Below, piece by piece: positions 1 through 10,215 of a stretch of DNA of 40,604 nt. This stretch comes from Coleofasciculus sp. B1-GNL1-01 (GTDB taxonomy: Bacteria; Cyanobacteriota; Cyanobacteriia; Cyanobacteriales; Coleofasciculaceae), in NCBI GenBank assembly GCA_040220235.1, contig JAVJTO010000128.1, one strand, 5' to 3'. The stretch's first letter is position 1. Each line of letters starts with the position of its first letter. The translations under genes were made by a program, and so were the position numbers. The notes beneath the pieces are model-generated. The model saw only the letters and a program-made list of their open reading frames with translations, made no database searches and was not told the origin of the DNA.

Positions 1-197
1 GCTGGTGCATCCGCTGGTATAATGTACTCGTATTTAATCGAACAAGCGTTTAGTGGAGACTTACGGGAATTTGCCCAATCTTTCCGCTCACAAAGGGCAT
101 AGTTATAGACTCGACGACATTGTTCTAGCCACTCAGCAAAACTGGCGACTTGAGCGGTAGTTGGTTTTAGCTTAAACTCGTAAATCAGATTAAACAC
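1..197 (-). CDS. tnpB: IS200/IS605-family TnpB (RNA-guided endonuclease), 5' part only; runs off the window
   Basis: Manual translation from GTG at 197 gives MFNLIYEFKLKPTTAQVASFAEWLEQCRRVYNYALCERKDWANSRKSPLNACSIKYEYIIPADAP, the typical cyanobacterial OrfB HTH N-terminus. Not in the ORF track. Confidence 0.88.
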   Translation of the reverse strand, partial: MFNLIYEFKLKPTTAQVASFAEWLEQCRRVYNYALCERKDWANSRKSPLNACSIKYEYIIPADAP

Positions 198-375
198 TTG
201 CTCGACAATATACAATGTTTGCTAACATTATAATACACTATTAATTGAGGAGAGTCAGAAAAAAATACACTCGCAACTCAAGTGGCTAGGCTGGACGCCT
301 TGCGGCAATTGAGCTTGTCGAAATTCGGTTTCATCCCTCGGATAAATCACGAGGACTTTCACCATCGCTTGTACT
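1..375 (-). mobile_element. IS605/IS1341-type element, left end plus start of tnpB (no tnpA on this side)
   Basis: Minus strand reads TTAC (376-379), 16 nt, AAAG (356-359), then an imperfect hairpin CCTCGTGATTTATCCGAGG. This matches IS608-like left-end architecture, 178 bp upstream of tnpB. Confidence 0.7.
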
Positions 376-477
376 GTAACCTTTCGACAGGGCGATAGAG
401 GTACTGATTTGGGTTTCATCCCTCAGATGAATCACGAGAGTTGTAAGATGCGATCGCCGGTTCGCATCTAAAATTAA

Positions 478-1230
478 TTAGCCAAACCGATAGCCGAAGC
501 CACGAACGGTAATCAAGTATTCCGGTTGACTGGGGTCTTTTTCTAATTTTTCCCGCAGCCAGCGAATGTGAACATCGACAGTTTTGGTATCTCCCAGAAA
601 ATCGGCTCCCCAAACCTGATCAATTAACTGTTCCCGAGACCACACCCGCCGGGGATACCCCATAAACAATTCCAACAGTCGGAATTCCTTGGGTGAGAGA
701 TTCACCTCCTCGCCCCGCACCGTGACGCGGCATTCTTCGGGGTAGAGGGTAATGTCCCGTAACTGTAACGTCGGCGTTTGCGGTATGGAATTATAGCGGT
801 GACGACGTAGGAGGGCGCGACACCGGGCGATTAATTCCCGCATACTAAAGGGTTTAGTCAGGTAGTCATCGGCACCGACTTCCAACCCTAAAACCCGATC
901 CGTTTCACTCGCTTTGGCGCTGAGAATCAAGATGGGAATAGAATTCCCTTTATACCGGATCAAGCGACATAGATCGAGTCCGTTCACCTGAGGCAGCATC
1001 AAGTCTAGAATCAACAGGCTAAACTGGCACTCCTCGTCATTGGCATCGCCCTCGGACAGAAGGGTTAAAGCGGTACGACCATCAGCAGCCGTCACCACGT
1101 CATAACCTTCCTCTTGTAAGGACAACATCAGCATTTCTCGGATGAGAGTCTCGTCTTCTACGACCAGAATGCGGTTGGATTGTGCCAGTTCTGGAGTAGA
1201 AGGGCTTTGCGGTAGATCGACAGAAAGCAT
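478..1230 (-). CDS. sphR: OmpR-family response regulator, phosphate regulon SphR/PhoB type
   Basis: REC domain (VVEDE, LDLMLP, KPF) plus wHTH with KTVDVHIRWLREKLE and ITVRGFGYRFG. Confidence 0.8.
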   Translation of the reverse strand: MLSVDLPQSPSTPELAQSNRILVVEDETLIREMLMLSLQEEGYDVVTAADGRTALTLLSEGDANDEECQFSLLILDLMLPQVNGLDLCRLIRYKGNSIPILILSAKASETDRVLGLEVGADDYLTKPFSMRELIARCRALLRRHRYNSIPQTPTLQLRDITLYPEECRVTVRGEEVNLSPKEFRLLELFMGYPRRVWSREQLIDQVWGADFLGDTKTVDVHIRWLREKLEKDPSQPEYLITVRGFGYRFG

Positions 1231-1488
1231 AAATGGTAAGGAAATTGGGTATCTGAACTTCTAAGCCAAGATATACACCAAAATCATGGTGTTGCAACGA
1301 TATAGAAATGGAACTCTACGTCTAGAGTGACACAAGATTCGGCTGGTGTGGTTATACCCTATGAATATTTTGCAGACTTAAAACAATTTGGGTAACTTTA
1401 TTGCCGATTTCCCCATGGTGACCTACACTAAGGATAGTGTAATACATGTCATACGCAAGTATGACAGAATGAGGGGTCTTACAGAAAC

Positions 1489-1533
1489 AAAGCAGGAGGC
1501 TGGTAACCCTAGTCCCCCTGCTTTCACTTTTTT
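1489..1533 (+). terminator. Intrinsic terminator-like hairpin just upstream of the creatininase start
   Basis: AAAGCAGG/CCTGCTTT plus GGCTGG/CTAGTC stem, followed by a T-rich tail. Confidence 0.5.
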
Positions 1534-1543
1534 AGAAGGGATA

Positions 1544-2290
1544 ATGCTGCTACATTTGATGACCTGGATCGAGGTTGAGGAGTATTTGAAGCGATCGCCA
1601 GGGATTATTCTGCCGATTGGTTCAACTGAACAACATGGACCAACGGGATTAATTGGTACTGATGCGATTTGTGCTGAAGCGATCGCCCGAGGGGTAGGTG
1701 AAGCGACGAATGCGATCGTTAGTCCCACAATTAGCGTGGGGATGGCGCTGCATCATACAGGGTTTCCTGGTACGATGAGCCTGAAACCTAGTACCTTAAT
1801 TCATGTCATCCAAGATTATTTAGTCAGCTTAACCCGGGCTGGATTTACCCGATTTTTCTTTATTAATGGTCACGGTGGTAACGTGGCGACGCTGAAGGCA
1901 GCATTTTCTGAGAGTTACGCCTATCTCTGGGATCTCCACATTCCCAACAGCGATCAAGTCAGATGTCGCCTTGCTAACTGGTTTACCTGTAAATCGGTTT
2001 ATCAGTTAGCTAAACAATGGTATGGTGATCAGGAAGGATCTCACGCCACACCCAGCGAAGTTGCTTTAACTCAATACCTTTATCCTGAAGCGATCAAGAA
2101 TGCCCCTTTAGCCGCTAATGTCGCCTCTGGACATCCAATTTACGGGGCGACAGACTTCCGCCGCCGCTATCCCGATGGGCGCATGGGGTCTAATCCCGCT
2201 TTAGCCAAACCGGAACATGGTCAACAATTGTATGAGATGGCGGTGAAGGAAATGAGTCAAGCCTATCTGGAATTTTTGCATACCGAGTAA
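1544..2290 (+). CDS. Creatininase/creatinine amidohydrolase family protein
   Basis: Motifs PIGSTEQHG, NGHGGN and SHAT. Likely start is MLLHLMTW at 1544, not the track start at 1388. Confidence 0.88.
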   Translation: MLLHLMTWIEVEEYLKRSPGIILPIGSTEQHGPTGLIGTDAICAEAIARGVGEATNAIVSPTISVGMALHHTGFPGTMSLKPSTLIHVIQDYLVSLTRAGFTRFFFINGHGGNVATLKAAFSESYAYLWDLHIPNSDQVRCRLANWFTCKSVYQLAKQWYGDQEGSHATPSEVALTQYLYPEAIKNAPLAANVASGHPIYGATDFRRRYPDGRMGSNPALAKPEHGQQLYEMAVKEMSQAYLEFLHTE

Positions 2291-2611
2291 CCTTTCACCC
2301 ATCAAATCAAAGATACAGATATCAGAGGTTATTCGGGACTACATTAAACGATTACCCCACAATTCCTCTCAACGCTGAATCTCTCATATTACAGCGTGAG
2401 CCTCCTTGCGGAAAGAAGGTGACAGTCTGCTAGAGACAGGTTAGACTCTTAATTAAAACACGCCTGCTGGTCAAACCAACAATAGGGCATGGTGTTTCCT
2501 CGGTGTATTTGCTACAAGCGAGCAGATTGGGATTGGGGAGAGAGCGATCGCTCGACTCCAGCTCACGATTCATTGAGTGGAAGAGTTATTCCCCAGAGGA
2601 AGATGAGAGGC

Positions 2612-3556
2612 ATGAGCGCGATCGACTTTACTGTCGCGATTTGTACCTATAACGGCGCGAATCGTTTAGCAGAGGTTCTGGATAGGTTGCGATCGCAGGA
2701 AGGGACAGAGCCTATTTCCTGGGAAATTATTGTCGTTGATAATAATAGCACCGACGATACGGCTAAGGTCGTTCAGGAATACCAAGCCAACTGGTCTGAA
2801 TCTTATCCCATTCATTATTGCTTTGAACCGAAACAAGGACTAGCATTTGCCCGACGATGCGCCATCCGAGAAGCCAAGGGTACTTTAATCGGTTTTCTGG
2901 ATGACGATAATTTACCCGACTCGAATTGGGTAGCACAAGCTTATCAGTTTGGACAATCTCACCCAAAAGCTGGGGCGTATGGAGGACAAATCCATGGCAA
3001 ATTTGAAGTAGAACCCCCGCCAGGTTTTGAGAGAATTGCTCGGTATTTTGCGATCCTGGAAGGAAAAAAGACGTATTGTTATAACGAAAAGTATAAAAAT
3101 ACGCGGAAGAAACTGTTTCCGCCTGGAGCTGGAGTAGTCATTCGCCAGGAAGCTTGGCTAAAAAGTGTTCCCGAACATCAGAGTATTAGTGGGGTATCTG
3201 GAAATTCTCTATCAACGAAGTGTGAAGATGTAGAGATGTTATCTTATCTTTTTTATGATGGTTGGGAACTTTGGTTCAATAAGGATATGCATATTTATCA
3301 TAAAATCCCTAAATCTCGTTTTCAGAAAGATTATTTAATTCGTTTCTTCAAGGGAGTCGGTTTAAGTCGGTATCAGACGCGGATGATCGCCTACAAAAAT
3401 TGGCAAAAGCCCTTTGTTGTGCCGCTCTATATGGTGAATGACTTAAGAAAAATAATCCGGCATTTTGTTAAGTATAAAACTAGATTGAAAACTGATGTAG
3501 TTGCTGCTGGAGAAATGGAGTTGCTCAAAACTATTCTTTTGGGGTATTTCCACTAA
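2612..3556 (+). CDS. GT2 glycosyltransferase, HpsE-like (hormogonium polysaccharide)
   Basis: DFTVAICTYNG, VVDNNSTD, FLDDD and EDVE motifs; likely start MSAIDF at 2612. Confidence 0.85.
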   Translation: MSAIDFTVAICTYNGANRLAEVLDRLRSQEGTEPISWEIIVVDNNSTDDTAKVVQEYQANWSESYPIHYCFEPKQGLAFARRCAIREAKGTLIGFLDDDNLPDSNWVAQAYQFGQSHPKAGAYGGQIHGKFEVEPPPGFERIARYFAILEGKKTYCYNEKYKNTRKKLFPPGAGVVIRQEAWLKSVPEHQSISGVSGNSLSTKCEDVEMLSYLFYDGWELWFNKDMHIYHKIPKSRFQKDYLIRFFKGVGLSRYQTRMIAYKNWQKPFVVPLYMVNDLRKIIRHFVKYKTRLKTDVVAAGEMELLKTILLGYFH

Positions 3557-3588
3557 ACTATACACATTAGTCAGAAGATGAACTGACA

Positions 3589-4596
3589 ATGAATACTTTG
3601 AATAGAAGGGATCATAAAGAAATTAGCTTACAAGCCGATCATATCCTAGGTTTTGTAATTGTTAGAAATGAAGTACATCGATTAGCTTTTTTTTTGAAGT
3701 ACTATCGAGAAAAAGGGATATCAAAGTTTTTAATAGTCGATAATGATTCGGAAGACAATACCCTAAACTATCTGGTGCAACAAGAGGATGTCTATGTTTG
3801 GCATACTTGTGAATCGTTTAAAGAAAATAAAAGAACTTGGTTAGAATGGTTACTCAAAAATTATGGTCAAAATCACTGGTGTTTAATCGTTGATGCCGAT
3901 GAAATACTCTATTATCCCGATTGTGAAACTCGAAGCCTAAACGATTTTTGTCGCCAAATAGAATGGCAAGGCAAAAATGCCGTTCAAGGGATTATGTTAG
4001 ACATGTATTCGCAGCAACCTGTTCAGGAAGCCTACTATAAGCCTGGAGATGACTTTTTAAAGGTCTGTCCCTATTTTGATAGACAGTATTATCATCACCA
4101 GGAAGGAACAATCAGAGATTATTATTGGGGAGGATTGCGACAACGTATCTTTGGCAGTGACGATAAACGAGGCAAGAAGCCCTACTGTTTAACCAAGTTC
4201 CCTTTGCTTAAATATAATAATACAATGATATTTTATTCAGAACACGTCACCAAAAACATAAAAGTTTCTTCGACAACGGCGTGTTTGCTACACTTTAAAT
4301 ATTTTTCATTCTTTATCGATTATGTTAAATCAGAAATCCAGCGGAATCAGCACTGGCAAGGAGCAGTCGAATACCAAAAATATGCTCAACTCATTGCCGA
4401 AAATAAGCCACTAAACCTGTACGATCCAAAAATTTCCGTGCGGCTGAAAAATAGTCAGCAGTTGATCGATATGGGAATTATAAATCGGGGAGTTATTCTG
4501 GAGAAACGGTTAGGATGTGTAAGCTTATTGTTAGAATTATTTTATGACACTAAAATACTAGGACGTGCATTCCTTAAAGTTTTGTCCCCAAAATAG
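3589..4596 (+). CDS. Glycosyltransferase family 2-like protein (Glyco_tranf_2_4 type)
   Basis: VRNE, IVDNDSED, VDADE and LLHFK motifs. Confidence 0.8.
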   Translation: MNTLNRRDHKEISLQADHILGFVIVRNEVHRLAFFLKYYREKGISKFLIVDNDSEDNTLNYLVQQEDVYVWHTCESFKENKRTWLEWLLKNYGQNHWCLIVDADEILYYPDCETRSLNDFCRQIEWQGKNAVQGIMLDMYSQQPVQEAYYKPGDDFLKVCPYFDRQYYHHQEGTIRDYYWGGLRQRIFGSDDKRGKKPYCLTKFPLLKYNNTMIFYSEHVTKNIKVSSTTACLLHFKYFSFFIDYVKSEIQRNQHWQGAVEYQKYAQLIAENKPLNLYDPKISVRLKNSQQLIDMGIINRGVILEKRLGCVSLLLELFYDTKILGRAFLKVLSPK

Positions 4597-4751
4597 CCTC
4601 TGCGGGAGTTATGGTGATCAGGAAAAGTTATTAAATTGACTCAAATGGCTTTTTCTCTTCTCTAAAAATTAGAGTTCAACCACAAATACCAAAGAGTCAT
4701 CTGTATCTACCCAGATCAAAGTAAAACTGTTTCGTTATTACATAAAAACAA

Positions 4752-5795
4752 ATGCAATTAATGCATCCGGGTCTGAAAGACATTCTGCTCATTGAGCAAT
4801 ACATCAAGACTAAAAAAATAGGGTTTTTATCTATAGAAACCCCTTTACCCCCTTGGTTCAAAAAAATCAGCCAATCAATTCCAAATTACTCTATAGGACT
4901 GCAACTTCGCCGCGAGTACCGCCACATTTCAATGGGCATTAGAGCCTTTCGGCTTAAAGATATCGATACAATTTTTATATTTGAAATCTATAACCAACAT
5001 TTATTAGGAGTTCTGCCTTTACTGGCTTTAACAGGAAAACAGGTATTGATTAGCTTACATGGTAATCAACAATTTGCCATGACTAGCAAAATCAAATTAT
5101 TCGGATTAGTCTATTTAAAAAGGTATCTGCAACTTTTCAAGAATTTAAAAGTCGTTTTATTTGAAATCGATGATCATGTTATCCCAGATAAATTCCGCTT
5201 ACCCGCGTCATCCAAGATAATTATCCCTCATCCAATCCTTAGCGAAGTCACGCCCAACCTGAGACTCGGTGAACGCTTGCCTATAGATGCCAAAATTAAG
5301 ATAGGGGTGGTGGGGATGATTCGACAGGATAAACCTATCTCAAAACTAATTGCCAGATTACAGGAATACATCAGCTCAAATTCTGATCAATGCGAACTAA
5401 TTATAGGTACACCCTTTGGTCAAAAACCAAACTATTTAGATCAACTGGGAGTAGCCCTCTACGATACCACTAAAGAAGAGGACTATATCCGTGTCTTAAA
5501 ACAGATTGATATTTTGGTCATTCACTATGACAAAGATCGTTATTACTACCGCACCAGTGGTGTAATTAGCGATGCCGGATCGTGTGGTTGTTATATCATT
5601 GCCTCTGATTATCCAGTTATCAATCATCAAGTGAATTTCCCTGTCCAAATTGGTGCAACATTCTCAACTTTTGACGAAATTGGTTCCCTAATTGATCAAG
5701 CCATCACTCACATTCGCCAGAAGGGACAGGATAACCACTGGATTTGGCGAGAACAACGTTCCGCAGCAGCGATCGCAAAACTTCTCTTCCCTTAA
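4752..5795 (+). CDS. Putative GT-B fold glycosyltransferase
   Basis: C-terminal GMIRQDK...Y..RTSGVISDA...IIASD pattern; lies in a glycosyltransferase cluster. Confidence 0.6.
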   Translation: MQLMHPGLKDILLIEQYIKTKKIGFLSIETPLPPWFKKISQSIPNYSIGLQLRREYRHISMGIRAFRLKDIDTIFIFEIYNQHLLGVLPLLALTGKQVLISLHGNQQFAMTSKIKLFGLVYLKRYLQLFKNLKVVLFEIDDHVIPDKFRLPASSKIIIPHPILSEVTPNLRLGERLPIDAKIKIGVVGMIRQDKPISKLIARLQEYISSNSDQCELIIGTPFGQKPNYLDQLGVALYDTTKEEDYIRVLKQIDILVIHYDKDRYYYRTSGVISDAGSCGCYIIASDYPVINHQVNFPVQIGATFSTFDEIGSLIDQAITHIRQKGQDNHWIWREQRSAAAIAKLLFP

Positions 5796-5842
5796 AATAC
5801 ATAGGGGTTGCTGTAGGGAGTCTGTGGTGGGGGTAGGGAGCA

Positions 5843-5873
5843 GGGGAAGCTGGGGAAGCTGGGGAAGCTGGGG
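5843..5873 (+). repeat. 9-bp tandem repeat (GGGGAAGCT)x3
   Basis: Seen directly between convergent genes. Confidence 0.7.
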
Positions 5874-5903
5874 GTGATGGAGAAGATGAGGAAGATGCGG
5901 CTT

Positions 5904-6836
5904 TTAGGCAAAATTCCCCGTTCTAACATCGTCCTTAAATTGCTGTAGTCTTGTCTCTAGTTCATGGGTAAGACGCTCAACGATGAACTCATCGCTTAAA
6001 ATAGGTTTGGCTGTTTTGGCAATATCCATAAGTTGTCGGGCTACTCGCTGATTGGGATCACCGCCAATTTGATTAAATACGCTTAATTGTTCCTGTTTTA
6101 ACCAATCTATCCAGTAATTAATTTCTGGGCGAATACGCAAGCGAGTCGAAGGAGCCTCAGGAAACACAGGATAGAAATCCCAGAGGGGCATAACATACTG
6201 AGGTTGGTATTCAATACCTAGAGAAAGACACCAATCTTGCCATTTAAAGGAGTTAATATTGGCACTGGTTTTGATCGGAATCCAAGGCACTCTCAGGGCA
6301 TCCGCAATGATAGCACCATGCATGGCTTCAGCGAGTAATACCTCAGTTTGGCTAATTGCTGATAAAATGTTTTCAATTGACCAACGCGGATCAATATAGG
6401 CGAATCCCAGTTGTTCGCAGATAGCACTCCAGGCTGCACTGGCTGGGGTAGCGTGCTTGAAATGAGGCATAAAAGCAAAGCGCTGGGTTTTAGAATGATT
6501 CGCCTGAAATAATCGCCTGACGAGTAAAGCCGCATCGGTAACGGCGACTTCTTTGGCAACACCAAGCGCTTGGGCAGACAGGGGTCCTCTGAGGCAATAT
6601 ATCGTCCAAGAATCATTAATTTTGGGTACAGTTCCATATCCATATCCCACACCCGTTCCGAATACAATGGTTTTCTCTGCCTTGGGTAATTTTCTGTTGA
6701 GTAACGTCCCAATTCCTACAAAGAGGGTTCGTTCGTCTTCATCCAGAATGTTGGGTATTAATTGGTTCCAGAGCCAAGGGTTGAGTTCATCGCCAAAATT
6801 GGCGTATTCATCGGATTTGTAGTAGTAGAGCTTCAT
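5904..6836 (-). CDS. Polysaccharide pyruvyl transferase, ExoV-like
   Basis: NFGDELNPWLW, LRGPLSA, AEAMHGAIIADALRVPW and FKWQDW motifs. Confidence 0.88.
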   Translation of the reverse strand: MKLYYYKSDEYANFGDELNPWLWNQLIPNILDEDERTLFVGIGTLLNRKLPKAEKTIVFGTGVGYGYGTVPKINDSWTIYCLRGPLSAQALGVAKEVAVTDAALLVRRLFQANHSKTQRFAFMPHFKHATPASAAWSAICEQLGFAYIDPRWSIENILSAISQTEVLLAEAMHGAIIADALRVPWIPIKTSANINSFKWQDWCLSLGIEYQPQYVMPLWDFYPVFPEAPSTRLRIRPEINYWIDWLKQEQLSVFNQIGGDPNQRVARQLMDIAKTAKPILSDEFIVERLTHELETRLQQFKDDVRTGNFA

Positions 6837-6878
6837 TTTTCATTTTATTGTTATCCCACATTCTGTACGCCCAAAACT

Positions 6879-8462
6879 CTAAAAGTCGTCTTCCTCTTCC
6901 TGATTGGCATCATTTGCCTCATTTGCTGAATTCTGGCGCAATCCTCCTGGTAAAGCAGCAATAATTGCATCCAGTACCCTGGAAACCGGGATCACCTCAA
7001 TATCCAGATCCGGTAACACTTGACCCTTGGGAACGATCGCGCGTTTAAATCCTAACTTTGCCGCTTCCTTTAACCGTAGTTCCATCTGCGACACCAGCCG
7101 CACCTGTCCCCCTAATCCCACTTCGCCAATCATCACCGTGCGCGGATCAACCATGCGATCGCGAAATGACGCCACGACTGCAATGGCAATCCCCAAATCT
7201 GCCGCTGGTTCCTCGACGCCCAACCCGCCAGCCGTAGCGACATAAGCATCTAATTTAGACAGGGGAATTCCTACCCGTTTTTCTAATACGGCTAAAATTT
7301 GCTGTAATCGACTATAGTCTACCCCTGTAGTTGAACGACGCGGCGACCCATAACTAGCAGGGGACACCAACGCCTGCAACTCGACTAAAATCGGACGAGT
7401 GCCTTCACAAGCGACTACCGTCGCCGTACCTGGACTCATTTCATCCCGATTGCCCAAAAATAGTTCTGACGGATTCACCACCTCCTCCAACCCCTTATCC
7501 ACCATTTCAAAAATCCCGATTTCGTGGGTAGCACCAAACCGATTTTTCACTGATCGCAGCAACCGATGAGACGCAAAGCGATCGCCCTCAAAATACAATA
7601 CCGTATCCACCAAATGTTCCAGCACCCTCGGTCCTGCGATCGCGCCTTCTTTGGTTACATGTCCGACAATCAGTAAGGTAATATTTGCCCGCTTTGCCAC
7701 CTGCATCAAGGCTGAGGTACATTCCCGCACTTGCGCCACGGAACCCGGTGCTGAGGTTAACGCGGCGAAGTACAGCGTCTGGATACTGTCAATAACGGCA
7801 ACTTGGGGTTTAAGTGACTCCAACTCCCGTAATACCTCTTCTAAATCCGTCTCTGCCAATACATACAGATTTGGCTCATGATCCCCAGCGGATTTACCCT
7901 GATTCGCGGTTTTCGACTTTGCCGACTTCCCCCGCTTTTTTGCCGCCCCATTACTCGTCGCCTCACTATTATTATCTGCCGCCTCCTGAAGCGGATCAGC
8001 ACAAACCCCCAGACGAGAGGCTCGCAGTTTCACCTGTTGTCCCGACTCTTCGGCACAAACATAGAGGATACGATGCTCCAGTGCCAGTTGATTTGCCACC
8101 TGTAGCAGCAACGTGGATTTGCCAATCCCTGGATCACCGCCAATCAACACCAACGAACCCGGCACAATCCCGCCCCCTAGTACCCGATCCAATTCACTAT
8201 ATCCAGAGGCAAATCGGCTCTGGACATTATTGGAAATTTCTGAGAACTTAAGTGAGGAACGCGGTTGAGCGCGTCCGGAGGTTGGCGATGGAGTCAAGGC
8301 GCGGGTATTGGATTGCCAACCCCCACTCCTCAAGTTAGTCGCTGTTGAGAGCATACTCTCCTCTAAGGAGTTATACGTGCCGCAGGAGGAGCATCTGCCG
8401 AACCACTGGGAGTGTTCTGCCCCACATTGATTACAAACATAGATGGATTTAGTCTTAGGCAT
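6879..8462 (-). CDS. radA: DNA repair protein RadA/Sms
   Basis: C4 zinc finger, GGDPGIGKST, KNRFG and a Lon-like C-terminus. Confidence 0.97.
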   Translation of the reverse strand: MPKTKSIYVCNQCGAEHSQWFGRCSSCGTYNSLEESMLSTATNLRSGGWQSNTRALTPSPTSGRAQPRSSLKFSEISNNVQSRFASGYSELDRVLGGGIVPGSLVLIGGDPGIGKSTLLLQVANQLALEHRILYVCAEESGQQVKLRASRLGVCADPLQEAADNNSEATSNGAAKKRGKSAKSKTANQGKSAGDHEPNLYVLAETDLEEVLRELESLKPQVAVIDSIQTLYFAALTSAPGSVAQVRECTSALMQVAKRANITLLIVGHVTKEGAIAGPRVLEHLVDTVLYFEGDRFASHRLLRSVKNRFGATHEIGIFEMVDKGLEEVVNPSELFLGNRDEMSPGTATVVACEGTRPILVELQALVSPASYGSPRRSTTGVDYSRLQQILAVLEKRVGIPLSKLDAYVATAGGLGVEEPAADLGIAIAVVASFRDRMVDPRTVMIGEVGLGGQVRLVSQMELRLKEAAKLGFKRAIVPKGQVLPDLDIEVIPVSRVLDAIIAALPGGLRQNSANEANDANQEEEDDF

Positions 8463-8627
8463 CCTGATCTCAAGGTGCTAGGAATTTTCAATACTTAAAC
8501 CAATCTTAAAAAGTCGTAAGAAAAGGTCAGACGAAAGCATTATGACTTAAAAAAGCTTCGTATAACGTTATATCTTAGAGATAAGCTACTGATAAATTAA
8601 CATTTCGTTGACTGTAAATTAGGAGTC

Positions 8628-9365
8628 TTGAATCAATTGGAAACTCATAAGGAAAAAATTCTGGTTGTCGATGATGAAGCGAGTATCCGCCGGATCTTGG
8701 AAACTCGCCTGTCGATGATTGGCTACGATGTCGTCACCGCCGCCGACGGGGAAGAAGCCTTAGACACCTTCCGCACGAGTGAACCTGATTTAGTGGTGTT
8801 AGATGTGATGATGCCCAAGCTGGATGGCTACGGCGTCTGTCAAGAGTTGCGAAAGGAATCGGATATCCCCATCATCATGCTAACGGCATTGGGTGATGTT
8901 GCCGACAGAATTACTGGCTTAGAGTTGGGCGCGGATGATTATGTGGTCAAGCCCTTCTCTCCCAAAGAGTTAGAAGCCCGGATTCGTTCGGTGTTGCGGC
9001 GGGTGGACAAGGTAGGAGCGTCCGGGATTCCCAGTTCTGGGGTAATCCATGTCGCTAGTATCAAAATTGATACAAACAAACGACAGGTATATAAGGGAGA
9101 CGAACGGATTCGGCTCACGGGGATGGAATTTAGTCTCCTGGAGTTATTAGTCAGTCGCTCTGGAGAACCTTTCTCTCGGTCAGAAATTTTACAGGAGGTG
9201 TGGGGGTATACCCCAGAACGCCATGTTGATACCCGCGTTGTCGATGTGCATATTTCCCGACTGCGAGCCAAGCTGGAAGATGATCCCAGCAATCCAGAGT
9301 TGATTCTCACCGCACGAGGGACAGGATATTTATTTCAACGGATACTCGAAGATGGGGAGACATAA
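8628..9365 (+). CDS. rpaB: Response regulator RpaB (Ycf27)
   Basis: ILVVDDEASIRRILETRLSMIGY...WGYTPERHVDTRVVDVHISRLR; the radA-rpaB divergent arrangement is typical. The TTG start position is uncertain. Confidence 0.95.
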   Translation: MNQLETHKEKILVVDDEASIRRILETRLSMIGYDVVTAADGEEALDTFRTSEPDLVVLDVMMPKLDGYGVCQELRKESDIPIIMLTALGDVADRITGLELGADDYVVKPFSPKELEARIRSVLRRVDKVGASGIPSSGVIHVASIKIDTNKRQVYKGDERIRLTGMEFSLLELLVSRSGEPFSRSEILQEVWGYTPERHVDTRVVDVHISRLRAKLEDDPSNPELILTARGTGYLFQRILEDGET

Positions 9366-9471
9366 ATTTTGAGTGTTGGGTTTTGAGCGGTGAAGGTTGA
9401 GTGTTGTAGCAACCGCTACAACAGTTAGGACAGGCTTGCGTTCATCGAAACAATATAACGCTGTGGAAAGA

Positions 9472-10134
9472 ATGGCTAAACCTGATCAAAATTCTGTGTT
9501 GCGACAATTACCGTTTATTGTGGGGGGATTAGGCGGAACGCTATTGTTAATCAATCGCTTGCTGACTCCCCAACTTACGGAATCTCAGGCGCGTTCAGAC
9601 GCACTGGGAGTTATTCTGAGTGCCATATTGATTTTGACAGGTTTGCTGTGGCAGCAAGTGCAGCCGCGATCGCCAGATGCGGTAGATTTGGTTGGGGAGG
9701 AAGGCTTTGAACTGACACCAGAGTTACCGGAGGCGGCAAAAACGGAACTGGCTTGGGCGTCACATTTATTATTAACCAATACCGTGACGCGATCGCTGGT
9801 TGTGTTTTATCAGGGAAAAGTGCTACTAAGGCGGGGAGTATTGGGAAAAAAGCCAGAGGTAAAACCCGGTGCTATCCTGAAGCGGGTTCTGGAACAACAA
9901 AAACCCATTTACTTGGTTGACTTGAAACTCTATCCCGGACGAATCGAATTTGACTACTTACCAGAAAATACCCAAGGACTCATCTGTCAACCTCTGGGCA
10001 ATCAGGGTGCTTTAATTTTAGGCGCGAATGCTCCCCGCAGTTACACCAAACAAGATGAGCGCTGGATTGAGGGGCTAGCTGATAAACTAGAAAATACGTT
10101 GAGTCAGTCAGTACAGTCGAACGTCAACAGTTAG
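9472..10134 (+). CDS. Cofactor assembly of complex C subunit B (CCB2/CCB4 family)
   Basis: Two TM helices then ELAWASHLLLTNT...YLPENTQGLICQP; likely start MAKPDQ. Confidence 0.8.
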   Translation: MAKPDQNSVLRQLPFIVGGLGGTLLLINRLLTPQLTESQARSDALGVILSAILILTGLLWQQVQPRSPDAVDLVGEEGFELTPELPEAAKTELAWASHLLLTNTVTRSLVVFYQGKVLLRRGVLGKKPEVKPGAILKRVLEQQKPIYLVDLKLYPGRIEFDYLPENTQGLICQPLGNQGALILGANAPRSYTKQDERWIEGLADKLENTLSQSVQSNVNS

Positions 10135-10215
10135 GATCGTCATTTGTCCTTTGTCTTATGTAAGGGTTTGAGGAACGTTGACCTTAATATATATCGTTAA
10201 TATCGTTAAGTTTAG

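Noticed and set aside
1..102. Plus-strand open frame AGASAG...RSQRA*
   Set aside because: Antisense shadow of tnpB.
5692..5877. 61-aa ORF ending GSWGSWGSWG
   Set aside because: Artefact of the 9-bp tandem repeat, and it overlaps the upstream gene.
7880..8010. Low-complexity insertion in RadA as a possible intein
   Set aside because: About 40 aa, no splice-junction motifs; variable loops are common in cyanobacterial RadA.
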